A stretch of 64,000 bases of DNA from an uncultured delta proteobacterium (GTDB lineage: Bacteria; Desulfobacterota; Syntrophia; Syntrophales; UBA5619): positions 172,127-236,126 of the forward strand of contig CAWFOM010000008.1 in NCBI GenBank assembly GCA_963817385.1, in the 5' to 3' direction. The notes under the pieces were generated by a model, which searched no databases, had not been told where the DNA came from, and saw nothing but the letters and a program-made list of their open reading frames with translations. Numbering within the stretch: position 1 is the first letter of the stretch; each line of letters starts with the position of its first letter. The translations under genes were made by a program, and so were the position numbers. Below are positions 20,565 through 29,860 of this stretch, piece after piece.

Positions 20565-21941
20565 ATGACCTTTGAAAAGAACATTCTCTGCATCGGGGCC
20601 GGTTATGTCGGCGGCCCGACCATGGCCATGATTGCCTACAAGTGCCCCCGCTACCGAGTGACGGTCGTGGACATCAACCCCGAGCGGATTGCTGCCTGGA
20701 ATTCCGCCGATCTCCCCATCTTCGAACCGGGTCTGGATAGCCTCGTCGGGGCAACACGCGGAAGGAATCTCTTTTTCAGCACCGATATCGAAACGGGCAT
20801 CCGGGAGAACGACATCATCTTCGTCAGCGTAAACACACCGACCAAGTCCTTCGGTCTCGGGGCCGGCATGGCCGCCGATCTTCAGCACTGGGAAAAGACC
20901 GCCCGGCAGATCCTTGAGTTCTCGGAATCGTCCAAGATCGTCATCGAAAAGAGCACCCTGCCGGTGAAGACCGCGCTCGCCATGGAACGGATCCTGAATT
21001 GCCGAGAGAACGGCATCTGTTTCGACGTCCTCTCCAATCCCGAGTTCCTGGCGGAGGGAACGGCTGTCCGCGATCTGGAAGAACCGGATCGCATCCTCAT
21101 CGGTTCGCGCGAAACGGATCGAGGCCTGCAAGCGAGAGAGACCCTGGTCGATATTTACGCGAACTGGATTTCCCGGGAGAAGATCATCACGTCCAACATC
21201 TGGAGCAGCGAGCTCTCCAAGCTTGTCTCCAACGCCTTTCTTGCCCAGCGGATCTCCTCGATTAATGCCATCTCCGCCCTCTGTGAAAAGGCGGAGGCGG
21301 ATGTCACCGAGGTCGCACGCGCCGTGGGGATGGACAGCCGGATCGGCCCGAAGTTTCTCAACGCCAGCATCGGGTTCGGCGGCTCCTGCTTCAAGAAAGA
21401 TATTATGAACCTCGTCTACCTCTGCCGACATTACGCCCTCGATGAGGTCGCCGATTACTGGGAAAGCGTCGTTGCTATCAACCGCTACCAGCAGGAGCGT
21501 TTCATCGGAAACATGCTGGGTGCGATGTTCAACACCCTGGCCGGGAAGAAGATCTGCCTGTGGGGCTTCTCATTCAAGGCGAATACGGGGGATACCCGGG
21601 AAAGCCCCGCCATCTTCATTGCCAACCGGCTTATCGAGGAACGCGCCGAGATCATTGTTTCCGATCCGAAGGCGCTGAAGAATGCCCGGACAGATCTTGC
21701 CGGAGCAGGGGGGGTTGTCAGTTATATCGAAGATCCGTCCCGTGCCGCGGAGGGTTGTCATGCCATTGTCCTTATGACCGAGTGGGACATCTACCGGAAT
21801 CTCGACTTCCGGAGAATTTTCGACTCCATGGCGCAGCCCGCCTTTATCTTTGACGGCCGGAACGTCCTGGACCATCGCCATTGCTTTGATATCGGCTTCA
21901 ACGTGTATCCAGTGGGCAAACCCCCTCTGACCCACTTCTGA
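20565..21941 (+). CDS. ugd: UDP-glucose 6-dehydrogenase
   Basis: CIGAGYVGGPT, SVNTPTK, EKSTLPV, SNPEFLAEG, GFGGSCF. Confidence 0.95.
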   Translation: MTFEKNILCIGAGYVGGPTMAMIAYKCPRYRVTVVDINPERIAAWNSADLPIFEPGLDSLVGATRGRNLFFSTDIETGIRENDIIFVSVNTPTKSFGLGAGMAADLQHWEKTARQILEFSESSKIVIEKSTLPVKTALAMERILNCRENGICFDVLSNPEFLAEGTAVRDLEEPDRILIGSRETDRGLQARETLVDIYANWISREKIITSNIWSSELSKLVSNAFLAQRISSINAISALCEKAEADVTEVARAVGMDSRIGPKFLNASIGFGGSCFKKDIMNLVYLCRHYALDEVADYWESVVAINRYQQERFIGNMLGAMFNTLAGKKICLWGFSFKANTGDTRESPAIFIANRLIEERAEIIVSDPKALKNARTDLAGAGGVVSYIEDPSRAAEGCHAIVLMTEWDIYRNLDFRRIFDSMAQPAFIFDGRNVLDHRHCFDIGFNVYPVGKPPLTHF

Positions 21942-22200
21942 TGGATACCTTCAATATCACCATCATCGGGGCCGGCGTTATCGGTCTTGCTCTCGCGGAA
22001 GAGCTGCTCGCGCATTACCGAGACGTTCTGGTCGTGGGAAAAAACACCGAGTTCGGCCAGGAGACGAGCTCACGCAACAGTGAGGTTATCCATGCCGGAA
22101 TCTACTTTCCGCCCGACTTTCTCAGGACCGTCTTCTGCGTCGCGGGGAGCCCCCTCCTCCATGAACTCTGCCGGAAGCGATATCCGTCAAAACGGTTCCG
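21941..22200 (+). pseudogene. Truncated FAD-dependent oxidoreductase (LhgO-like), N-terminal ~80 aa only
   Basis: IIGAGVIGLA, GQETSSRNSEVIHAGIY; similarity stops near 22195 and ORF reads on antisense into yraN. Confidence 0.75.
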
Positions 22201-22223
22201 CACTCAATGCTCTTCGGTGACGC

Positions 22224-22595
22224 TCAACCGCAGGAGAGTTCGAAGGCATTCCGGATCAGTTCGATCTGATCTCCCGCCGGGAATAGTTTCACTGCCACAA
22301 CATCAAACCGCGCCGGGCGGTGGCGCAGGCGGTGCTCGGAAAGATAATGAAGCGCTATTTTTGAGATTTTTTTCTGTTTGTCGCGGCCGACGGCGAGTTG
22401 AGGTGCTCCGTACGCATCAGAGCGCCGGCTCTTAACCTCGACAAAGACCAGGGTCTCACCCTCCTCGGCTACAATATCGATCTCACCGAAGACACAGCGA
22501 TAATTTCGCTCGATGATCCGGTAGCCCGCCTCCGCAAGGTAAGCCGCGGTCAGGTCCTCTCCCTTTTTCCCCGTGCGCGTTCCCGTCAGCGACAT
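22224..22595 (-). CDS. yraN: YraN family protein (UPF0102)
   Basis: GKKGEDL, NYRCVFGEIDIVA, LVFVEVKSR, RFDVV. Confidence 0.93.
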   Translation of the reverse strand: MSLTGTRTGKKGEDLTAAYLAEAGYRIIERNYRCVFGEIDIVAEEGETLVFVEVKSRRSDAYGAPQLAVGRDKQKKISKIALHYLSEHRLRHRPARFDVVAVKLFPAGDQIELIRNAFELSCG

Positions 22596-22626
22596 GGCAG
22601 TTTTTTTATTGTGGATTCAGGATTCT

Positions 22627-23268
22627 TCAAAGTCCCAATGTTGCGTTGACGTACGGGTCATCTATTTCGGGAACCCTAAACGAGCTCCGGTGAATCTTGC
22701 AGCGGCCGTATCGAGTGATCGCCTCCCGGTGCTCCCGTGTGCCGTATCCCTTGTTCCTGAAGAAATTATACTGCGGAAACTGCCGGTGGTACATCTCCAT
22801 GATTCGATCGCGCGACACCTTCGCCACAATGGACGCCGACGCCACGGAGATGCTCCATCCGTCGCCGCGGACGATAGTTTCTTGCGGTATAGGAACTGAT
22901 ATCCGGCTCAGGCCATCGATGAGAAGATAATCAGGACAGGGGAAAAGAGTGAGGACCGCCTCCTTCATGGCGACAAGCGTCGCCTGTAGGATATTCACGG
23001 CATCGATCACCGGCGCCTCGACGACGCCGATACCGATCGCCACCGCGTCCCGCTGAATGACCTCGTAGAGCCTCTCTCTCTGACGGGGGCTCAGTTTTTT
23101 GGAATCGTTTATCTCCGGATCTTCATAATCCGGCGGCAGGACCACGGCGGCGGCAATCACCGGACCTGCCAGAGGTCCACGACCAGCCTCGTCTATCCCA
23201 GCGATACGTTGATAGCCTCGTCCGCTGGCATCGCGTTCGAAACTCCTCATATCTCGGGGCGCCCTCAC
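22627..23268 (-). CDS. rnhB: Ribonuclease HII
   Basis: GIDEAGRGPLAGPV, DSKKL, ASIVAKVSRD, NKGYGT. Confidence 0.97.
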   Translation of the reverse strand: MRAPRDMRSFERDASGRGYQRIAGIDEAGRGPLAGPVIAAAVVLPPDYEDPEINDSKKLSPRQRERLYEVIQRDAVAIGIGVVEAPVIDAVNILQATLVAMKEAVLTLFPCPDYLLIDGLSRISVPIPQETIVRGDGWSISVASASIVAKVSRDRIMEMYHRQFPQYNFFRNKGYGTREHREAITRYGRCKIHRSSFRVPEIDDPYVNATLGL

Positions 23269-23313
23269 GCCGCCTCCTCTTCCCTGCCGTATTCATTCCC
23301 ACCGGGGGAGAAG

Positions 23314-23658
23314 CTACTTTCCCGCCTCTTTGATCCTGGCCTGCTTGCCTCTCAGGCTGCGCAGATAATACAAGCGTGAGCGCCTAACCTTCCCGCGCGT
23401 CACCAATTCGATCTTGTCGATGGAGGGGGAATGGAGCGGAAAGGTTTTCTCGACGCCGACTCCATACGAGATCTTCCTGACGGTAAAATTGGATCGCACA
23501 TCACCCCGTCTCCGACGGATGACGACCCCTTCAAATGCCTGAATCCTCTGCTTCTGCCCTTCCACGATACGAACAAAGACCTTAACGGTATCGCCCGTTC
23601 TGAAATCGGGGATATCTCCCCGCATCTGTTCCTTTTCCAGTATTTCCATGGCATTCAT
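23314..23658 (-). CDS. rplS: 50S ribosomal protein L19
   Basis: [38 protein letters not shown]. Confidence 0.98.
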   Translation of the reverse strand: MNAMEILEKEQMRGDIPDFRTGDTVKVFVRIVEGQKQRIQAFEGVVIRRRRGDVRSNFTVRKISYGVGVEKTFPLHSPSIDKIELVTRGKVRRSRLYYLRSLRGKQARIKEAGK

Positions 23659-23712
23659 AACGTTGAACTCCTTCTTTATCCTGTACGGTAGTTATTCATT
23701 CATGGATGACCG

Positions 23713-24441
23713 CTATTCGACCTCTTCGGCCAACCAGCTTTTCTCCTCATCCGTCAGAACCGCGTCCATCAAAAGGTCCGGCCTCCTCTTGCGAGTCCGC
23801 AACAGGGATTCTCTCCGGCGCCACAGCTCAATCTGCCGGTGATTCCCCGAGAGAAGCACGTCGGGGACCTTCCATCCCCGATATTCCGCGGGCCTCGTGT
23901 AGTGGGGATATTCCAGAAGCCCCATGGAAAACGAGTCGGCCCCGGCGGAATCGCAATTACCGAGTACCCCCGGAACCAGCCGAGAAACGGCATCCACCAC
24001 CACCATAGCCGACAGTTCGCCTCCGGTCAGAACATAATCTCCGATGGAGATTTCACGATTGACCAGTTGCATCCTCACCCGTTCATCAACTCCCTCATAA
24101 TGCCCGCAGACCAGGACAAGTTGCGGATAGGCGGCCAGTCCCTCTGCCATTTTCTGGCAGAAACGCTCACCCTGTGGCGTCAGCAAGATAATCGGGACTT
24201 CCTCGCCCATTATCGGAATGGCGCGGAGAGACCGATCGATGGGTTCGGCCTTCATGACCATTCCGCCTCCTCCGCCATAGGGAGCATCGTCGGTCATGCG
24301 ATGTTTGTCTTCGGCGTGGTCACGGATATCATGGAGTTGAATTTCGATCAACCCCTTGTCCAGGGCCTTCTTCAAGAGGCTGCATCCGCAGGGGGAAGCG
24401 AACATCTCCGGGAAGACAGTCAGGATGTCAAAGCGGATCAT
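23713..24441 (-). CDS. trmD: tRNA (guanine37-N1)-methyltransferase
   Basis: [42 protein letters not shown]. Confidence 0.98.
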   Translation of the reverse strand: MIRFDILTVFPEMFASPCGCSLLKKALDKGLIEIQLHDIRDHAEDKHRMTDDAPYGGGGGMVMKAEPIDRSLRAIPIMGEEVPIILLTPQGERFCQKMAEGLAAYPQLVLVCGHYEGVDERVRMQLVNREISIGDYVLTGGELSAMVVVDAVSRLVPGVLGNCDSAGADSFSMGLLEYPHYTRPAEYRGWKVPDVLLSGNHRQIELWRRRESLLRTRKRRPDLLMDAVLTDEEKSWLAEEVE

Positions 24442-24947
24442 GCTTCCGTAAGCCCTTTCAATAACCGGACTACCATGATTCTGCGATCCATATCGATGTT
24501 CCTGACCACATCGTCGATTGCGGGAAGCAGGATCTCCTTCTCCTCTCCCTGACAGACATAGACATCGTTGCTCCCGGTCGGGAACACGGATGAAATCCTG
24601 CCGAGAACCTGCTCTTCTTCCGAGACGACCTGAAGTCCGATGATATCAAGCCAGTAATACTCCCCTTCGGGAAGTTTCTTCAGCTTGTCTGGAGGCATCC
24701 AGACGAACGAACCTACCAGCCGTGCAGCCGCGGCACTATCCTCGATCCCGCCGAGTTTCAGAAGGAAAAATTCCCTCCCCGGCTGTACTGCATCCAACGG
24801 AAACGGTACGGCTTCGGGTATTCTCCTGCCGACAAACACTTTCGGAAGATTGTTCAGCACATCCTGCGATTCAAGATACGACAAGACCTTCATGCGGCCT
24901 GCCAGGCCATGAGATCGGATGATCCTGCCTATTTCAAGGAGCTCCAT
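24438..24947 (-). CDS. rimM: Ribosome maturation factor RimM
   Basis: [32 protein letters not shown]; operon position. Confidence 0.95.
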   Translation of the reverse strand: MELLEIGRIIRSHGLAGRMKVLSYLESQDVLNNLPKVFVGRRIPEAVPFPLDAVQPGREFFLLKLGGIEDSAAAARLVGSFVWMPPDKLKKLPEGEYYWLDIIGLQVVSEEEQVLGRISSVFPTGSNDVYVCQGEEKEILLPAIDDVVRNIDMDRRIMVVRLLKGLTEA

Positions 24948-24954
24948 GAGGACA

Positions 24955-25185
24955 TCATTCGATAATTTCGAGAACGGTTCGCTTGCGAATCTTTGTTGAC
25001 GCCGCACTTAGGATGGTTCTCATCGCCTTGGCCGTTCTGCCTTGCTTGCCGATGACCTTACCCAGATCTTCTTTAGCAACCCTCAGTTCGATGACGGAAG
25101 TCTGTTCCCCCACGATTTCGGAGACTGCGACCATGTCGGGGTTATCCACCAAAGCTTGAGCCATGTACTTGATCAACTCTTTCAT
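24955..25185 (-). CDS. khpA: KH-domain RNA-binding protein KhpA
   Basis: [24 protein letters not shown]. Confidence 0.93.
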   Translation of the reverse strand: MKELIKYMAQALVDNPDMVAVSEIVGEQTSVIELRVAKEDLGKVIGKQGRTAKAMRTILSAASTKIRKRTVLEIIE

Positions 25186-25212
25186 CGCCAACCTCCAGAG
25201 TTCCTAAAAAAG

Positions 25213-25458
25213 TTAAACCCTGATCCCTTTCTTTTCAAGCAACTGAGATACCGTTAGCGTCGGCTTGGCGCCTTTCGAAATCCATTCGCGGACGCGATCC
25301 TCTTTCAGGATAACTTCTGCGGGGTTCTTCCCTGGATTGTAATTTCCCAATATTTCCAGAAACTTTCCATCCCTTGGGCACTCGGAATTGGCCACCACCA
25401 CCCGGTAGCTGGGTTTGCCTTTTGCACCTATTCGTGTCAATCGTATTTTTACCGCCAT
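25213..25458 (-). CDS. rpsP: 30S ribosomal protein S16
   Basis: MAVKIRLTRIGAKGKPSYRVVVA..PRDGKFLE. Confidence 0.98.
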   Translation of the reverse strand: MAVKIRLTRIGAKGKPSYRVVVANSECPRDGKFLEILGNYNPGKNPAEVILKEDRVREWISKGAKPTLTVSQLLEKKGIRV

Positions 25459-25527
25459 CCTCTGTATTGATCACCTCCTTGAGTTATATTTTCACAGACC
25501 GGTCTATATACCATATCTTTTTGCGCA

Positions 25528-26859
25528 TTAAAAGGGGAAATTACCCCTCTGCATCGATTTTATTCCCCCTTTGGTCATCCGCCTCATCATCTTTCGCATC
25601 CCCATGTAATTTTTCAGCAGACGATTGACGTCCTGGACTGTTGTCCCGCTCCCCCGCGCGATTCTCTTGCGCCTGCTCCCATCGATAATCAGATGGTTCT
25701 GACGCTCCTTTCGGGTCATGGAATCGATGATCGCCGTGATACGGACAAGTTCGCCCTCGTCCGGCGTTGCATCCGTGATGGCCTTGATCTTTTTCATTCC
25801 CGGAATCATGCCCAGGATCTCCTGGATCGATCCCATTTTCCTGATCTGGGTCAACTGGCTGCGGAAATCATCGAGGGTAAATCCATTCTTCCGGATCTTC
25901 TGTTCCAGAACCCGCGCCTCCCGCGTATCCATCGTCGCCTGCGCCTTCTCCACCAGGGTCAGGACATCGCCCATGCCGAGTATCCGCGAGGCCATGCGCT
26001 CGGGGTGGAAAACCTCCAGGGCATCGGTCTTTTCACCGACGCCAATGAACTTGATAGGCTTGCCGATGACCGCCTTCAGCGAAAGAGCTGCGCCGCCGCG
26101 GGCATCGCCGTCCATCTTGGTCATGATCACGCCGTCAATCCCTAAGATCTCATCAAAGCGGCCCGCCACATTGACCGCATCCTGTCCCGTCATAGCGTCT
26201 GCGACAAAGAGAATCTCGGAGGGGTTGATCAGCGTCTTGATTCTCTTGAGTTCATCCATCATCTCCGCATCGATGGAGAGCCTTCCCGCCGTATCCACGA
26301 TGACCACCTCGTAGCCCCTGAGCCTTCCCTCTTCCATCGCCTTTCCGCAAATCCCGACCGGGTCCTGGGAACAGGCCGCATCAAAAACACCGGCGCCGAT
26401 CTGCTCGCCGAGAACCTTCAGTTGCTCCATGGCGGCAGGTCGGTAAACATCCGCCGAGACCAGATAGACCCTTTTCCCCTGAGCGGCCACGAAACGCGCA
26501 AGCTTCGCTGCGGTTGTCGTTTTTCCACATCCCTGAAGACCTGCCAGCATGATCGGCGCAGGAATTCGGCTGCCGAACTTCAGCTGACTGCTCACACCGC
26601 CCATAAGTTCTACCAGGCGATCATGAACGATCTTCACCACCTGCTGTCCGGGGGTGATGCTGTCCAGGACCTTCTGCCCCACCGCCCTCTTCCGGATATC
26701 CTCGATGAAATCACGAACAACGCGGAAATTTACATCGGCCTCGAGCAGGGCCATGCGGATCTCCTTGAGGGCCGACTGGATATTCTCCTCGTCCAGACGC
26801 CCCCGTCCTCTCAGTTTCCGGAAGACGCCGTCCAGCTTTTCGGTAAGACTTTCAAACAT
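25528..26859 (-). CDS. ffh: Signal recognition particle protein
   Basis: ALLEADVN, GLQGCGKTT, DTAGR, TKMDGDARGG, SRRKRIARGSG. Confidence 0.98.
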   Translation of the reverse strand: MFESLTEKLDGVFRKLRGRGRLDEENIQSALKEIRMALLEADVNFRVVRDFIEDIRKRAVGQKVLDSITPGQQVVKIVHDRLVELMGGVSSQLKFGSRIPAPIMLAGLQGCGKTTTAAKLARFVAAQGKRVYLVSADVYRPAAMEQLKVLGEQIGAGVFDAACSQDPVGICGKAMEEGRLRGYEVVIVDTAGRLSIDAEMMDELKRIKTLINPSEILFVADAMTGQDAVNVAGRFDEILGIDGVIMTKMDGDARGGAALSLKAVIGKPIKFIGVGEKTDALEVFHPERMASRILGMGDVLTLVEKAQATMDTREARVLEQKIRKNGFTLDDFRSQLTQIRKMGSIQEILGMIPGMKKIKAITDATPDEGELVRITAIIDSMTRKERQNHLIIDGSRRKRIARGSGTTVQDVNRLLKNYMGMRKMMRRMTKGGIKSMQRGNFPF

Positions 26860-26902
26860 TCAGTACGCTCTCTCCCTCCGTCGGCACGGTATCCACTCTC
26901 AA

Positions 26903-27015
26903 AGCTCTCCATACCACGCTACGGAGAGTTTCCTATCCTTAAGGAATAGACTATGCAGTACTTCGTTCGCTTACCCCGCGGCATACCGCGGGGAATGCAC
27001 TGGCCGCCGGATTCA
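26903..27015. repeat. ~110-bp palindromic interspersed repeat, family A copy 2
   Basis: Aligns by eye with 8608-8719 (CGGAGA, TAAGGAA.AGAC, TACCCCGCGGC..CCGCG, GGATTCA). Confidence 0.7.
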
Positions 27016-27840
27016 GCCGCCATTGCCTTCCCGGCCGGAGGAACGGATTACGAATTTCAGTCCGTTGACCTTCCCGGCCATCTGATCGGCCGCTTCCTGC
27101 GCCATCTCCCGGCTTTCAAAGCCTCCCACGATCACGCGAAACCACCGCCCCTTCCCGGGGAGTTCCTTCATCACCACCCGGGGAGAGAATCCCAATGTCT
27201 TGAATTTCCTCACCAGTTGTTCAGCCTGGGACCTCTCCCGGTACGCGGCCACCTGGACCTCAAAACGACCCTTCACCGGCAGCGCAATCTCCCCTGCCGG
27301 TGATTTTTTCACCCCGGTCTCTCCGGCTGGCTTCCCCTCCGGGGAGGGATTCAACTTCTTTACTCCCGCTTCGTCACCGGAAACCGGGGAGGGCGTTTCT
27401 CTCCTCATCACCCCGGGCATCCTCGCCGAAGACGGCGTCTCCGTCGAAGTTCTCGCCGGACTGCCCTGTTCGGCGGGAATCTCGGAAGTCTTGTGCTTCG
27501 CCGAGCCGACCTGGGTTCCCGCTGCGGCTCCTCCTTTCTTCCCTCCCAAGGTGTCATAAAAGGTCAGGCCGAAATCGGCGCCGCCGGCGACCGGGTCCTC
27601 TTTGTTCCCCTGATTCACGGGCGGCGACGCACTCTTTCCCTGATTCGAAACGGCGGCGAGCAGGCGGTCACGAATCAGTTCCGGGATACCGGACGTATAC
27701 CTCTCCGGATAGGTCTCCATTTGCTTGCCGATGACGATACCAAGCAGGAAAATAGAGAAGAGCAGGAGGGACATCCCGCTGATAAACAGGATCAGCCCCA
27801 CCTTACCCAGCCTGAGTTCGAACACACGCCTGTTTTTCAT
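27013..27840 (-). CDS. SPOR-domain cell-division protein (FtsN/DedD-like)
   Basis: N-terminal TM helix, LTFYDTL motif, low-complexity linker, C-terminal FEVQVAAY...WFRVIVGGF; follows argS. Confidence 0.85.
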   Translation of the reverse strand: MKNRRVFELRLGKVGLILFISGMSLLLFSIFLLGIVIGKQMETYPERYTSGIPELIRDRLLAAVSNQGKSASPPVNQGNKEDPVAGGADFGLTFYDTLGGKKGGAAAGTQVGSAKHKTSEIPAEQGSPARTSTETPSSARMPGVMRRETPSPVSGDEAGVKKLNPSPEGKPAGETGVKKSPAGEIALPVKGRFEVQVAAYRERSQAEQLVRKFKTLGFSPRVVMKELPGKGRWFRVIVGGFESREMAQEAADQMAGKVNGLKFVIRSSGREGNGG

Positions 27841-27857
27841 GATTTCAAACGCTGTCG

Positions 27858-29522
27858 CTACATCTTTTCCGGAGCGGAGACCCCCAGCATGTTCAGGGCA
27901 TTTTTCAGGACGGTCCGTATGGACATGACCAGAAACAACCTGGCCCCGGTGAGGGCGCCGTCATCGGAGATCACTTTGTGCTTGTTGTAATAGCTGTGAA
28001 AGAGCCCCGCCAGATCGTTCAGGTAAAAGGTCAGGCGGTGGGGCTCCAGTGTTCGCGCCGCCCCCTCGACTACCTCGGGGAAACGGGTGATTGCCTTAAT
28101 GAGGGTGATCTCTTCCGGCAATATCAGGAGAGGGAGATCCGCCTGACCGTAAGACGGCTTCATACATCCCCGTTCGGCCGCCATCCGGCTGATACTACAG
28201 ATCCGGGCATAGGCGTACTGGACATAATAGACGGGATTCTCGTTCGACTGCCGCTTGGCCAATTCAAGATCGAAATCGAGATGGCTGTCGGAACGCCGCA
28301 TGAGAAAATTGTAACGAGCCGCGTCCTTCCCCACCTCATCCACAACCTCGCGGAGAGTGACAAACTCGCCGGACCGCGTAGACATCGCTGCGGGCTTTCC
28401 GTCCCGCAGGAGGTTGACCAACTGGACCAGGATCACCTTGAGAGAGTCTTTCTCATATCCCAGGGCCTGCACGGCGGCTGACATCCGGGGGATATACCCG
28501 TGATGATCGGCGCCCCAGATGTCGATGACGGTCTCGAATCCCCGCTGAAACTTGTTTCGGTGATAGGCGATATCCGCGGCGAAGTAAGTCGGATCCCCGT
28601 TCTGCCGGACGACAACGCGATCCTTGTCGTCGCCGAACGAGGTGGTCCTGAACCAGAGCGCGTCACCCTCGGAATAGATGAAGTCCTTCTCCTGCAGCGT
28701 CCGGAGGAGTTTCCCCACGCCGTCATCCCGGTACAGCTCCCGTTCGCTGAAATAACAGTCGAAAACGACGCCGAAGGTCCGGAGGTCCTCCTTGATCCCT
28801 TCGAGGATGGCGCTTGCGGCATAATCGGTAAAAAGAGCGCTGGCCTCTTGCGGATCCAGATCGAGATAGCGCGTCCCGTCCCTTTTCACGAGCTCGGCGG
28901 CGACCTCTTTGATGTAATCCCCCCGGTAGCAACCGTCGGGGAATTCCGCTTGTCCGCCCAGGTGCTCCCGGTAGCGCAGAAATACCGATTTCCCCAGGTT
29001 ATTCATCTGGTTGCCGGCGTCATTAATATAGTATTCCCGGAAGACCTGATAACCGACGGCCGCAAGGATATTCGCCATGACATCGCCTACGACGGCGCCG
29101 CGCGCATGTCCGATGTGGAGCGGCCCCGTAGGGTTGGCGCTGACGAACTCCACCTGGATGCGGCGCCCCTTTCCCAGATCTGCTGTCCCGTACCGATCGC
29201 CCTCACGGTCGACAGCTTCGAGCAGTGACGACCAGCAACCCTCCCGGATGAAAAAATTCACGAATCCCGGACCGGCGATCTCAATCTTCTCCAAGACTCC
29301 TCCGGCGTCATCGATCTTCTCCGAAAGGATCTTTGCGATTTCCCGGGGATTCTTTCCGGCCTGCGCGGCAAGGACCATCGCCACATTGGTCGCGTAATCC
29401 CCATGGCCGGGATCCTTTGTCAGCTCCACTTCAATAGGAGGAACCGTCGCCACGGAGAGAAGCCCTCCTTCACTGCCCGTTTGAATTGATTTCTCCAGAA
29501 GCTTAACCAGCACCTGTTTCAT
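27858..29522 (-). CDS. argS: Arginyl-tRNA synthetase
   Basis: [44 protein letters not shown]. Confidence 0.98.
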   Translation of the reverse strand: MKQVLVKLLEKSIQTGSEGGLLSVATVPPIEVELTKDPGHGDYATNVAMVLAAQAGKNPREIAKILSEKIDDAGGVLEKIEIAGPGFVNFFIREGCWSSLLEAVDREGDRYGTADLGKGRRIQVEFVSANPTGPLHIGHARGAVVGDVMANILAAVGYQVFREYYINDAGNQMNNLGKSVFLRYREHLGGQAEFPDGCYRGDYIKEVAAELVKRDGTRYLDLDPQEASALFTDYAASAILEGIKEDLRTFGVVFDCYFSERELYRDDGVGKLLRTLQEKDFIYSEGDALWFRTTSFGDDKDRVVVRQNGDPTYFAADIAYHRNKFQRGFETVIDIWGADHHGYIPRMSAAVQALGYEKDSLKVILVQLVNLLRDGKPAAMSTRSGEFVTLREVVDEVGKDAARYNFLMRRSDSHLDFDLELAKRQSNENPVYYVQYAYARICSISRMAAERGCMKPSYGQADLPLLILPEEITLIKAITRFPEVVEGAARTLEPHRLTFYLNDLAGLFHSYYNKHKVISDDGALTGARLFLVMSIRTVLKNALNMLGVSAPEKM

Positions 29523-29543
29523 GAACAACCATTCCTCAATACG

Positions 29544-29567
29544 AAAAAAGTTGGCCGCAAGGCCAAC
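29544..29567 (-). terminator. Terminator-like hairpin immediately upstream of the argS RBS
   Basis: GTTGGCC ttgc GGCCAAC TTTTTT on minus strand. Confidence 0.5.
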
Positions 29568-29812
29568 CCGTTGCCCCTTACTCACGCCAGGAGCAGATTA
29601 TCCGGATACCGTATCCGTTACCGACCCGCTCGGATGCCCTGCCGCCTGTCGATGCATCACGCCCGACTACCCTGATGATGATAACCTTCCATCTCCATGA
29701 TAGCGACCCTTCAAGGCAGGCGTTCCCTTCGACCGTTTGGCGTCTACCCTATCGTGATGTCGATTTGAAGTCAAGAAAATTGACAATGGAAAAGTGGCGC
29801 GTTACCCCAATG

Positions 29813-29848
29813 CGGATGTCCCTCGCTTCAGAAACTGAGGGACATCCG
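29813..29848 (-). terminator. Hairpin downstream of pilY1 (probable terminator or stabiliser)
   Basis: 12-bp stem CGGATGTCCCTC/GAGGGACATCCG; weak U tract. Confidence 0.55.
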
Positions 29849-29860
29849 GACAGGCGACTA

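Noticed and set aside
22200..22435. C-terminal part of ORF 21941-22435 as real protein
   Set aside because: It is read-through antisense to yraN after LhgO similarity ends.
29523..29745. T-box riboswitch upstream of argS
   Set aside because: No T-box consensus (GGTGG-ACC) or recognisable specifier stem seen.
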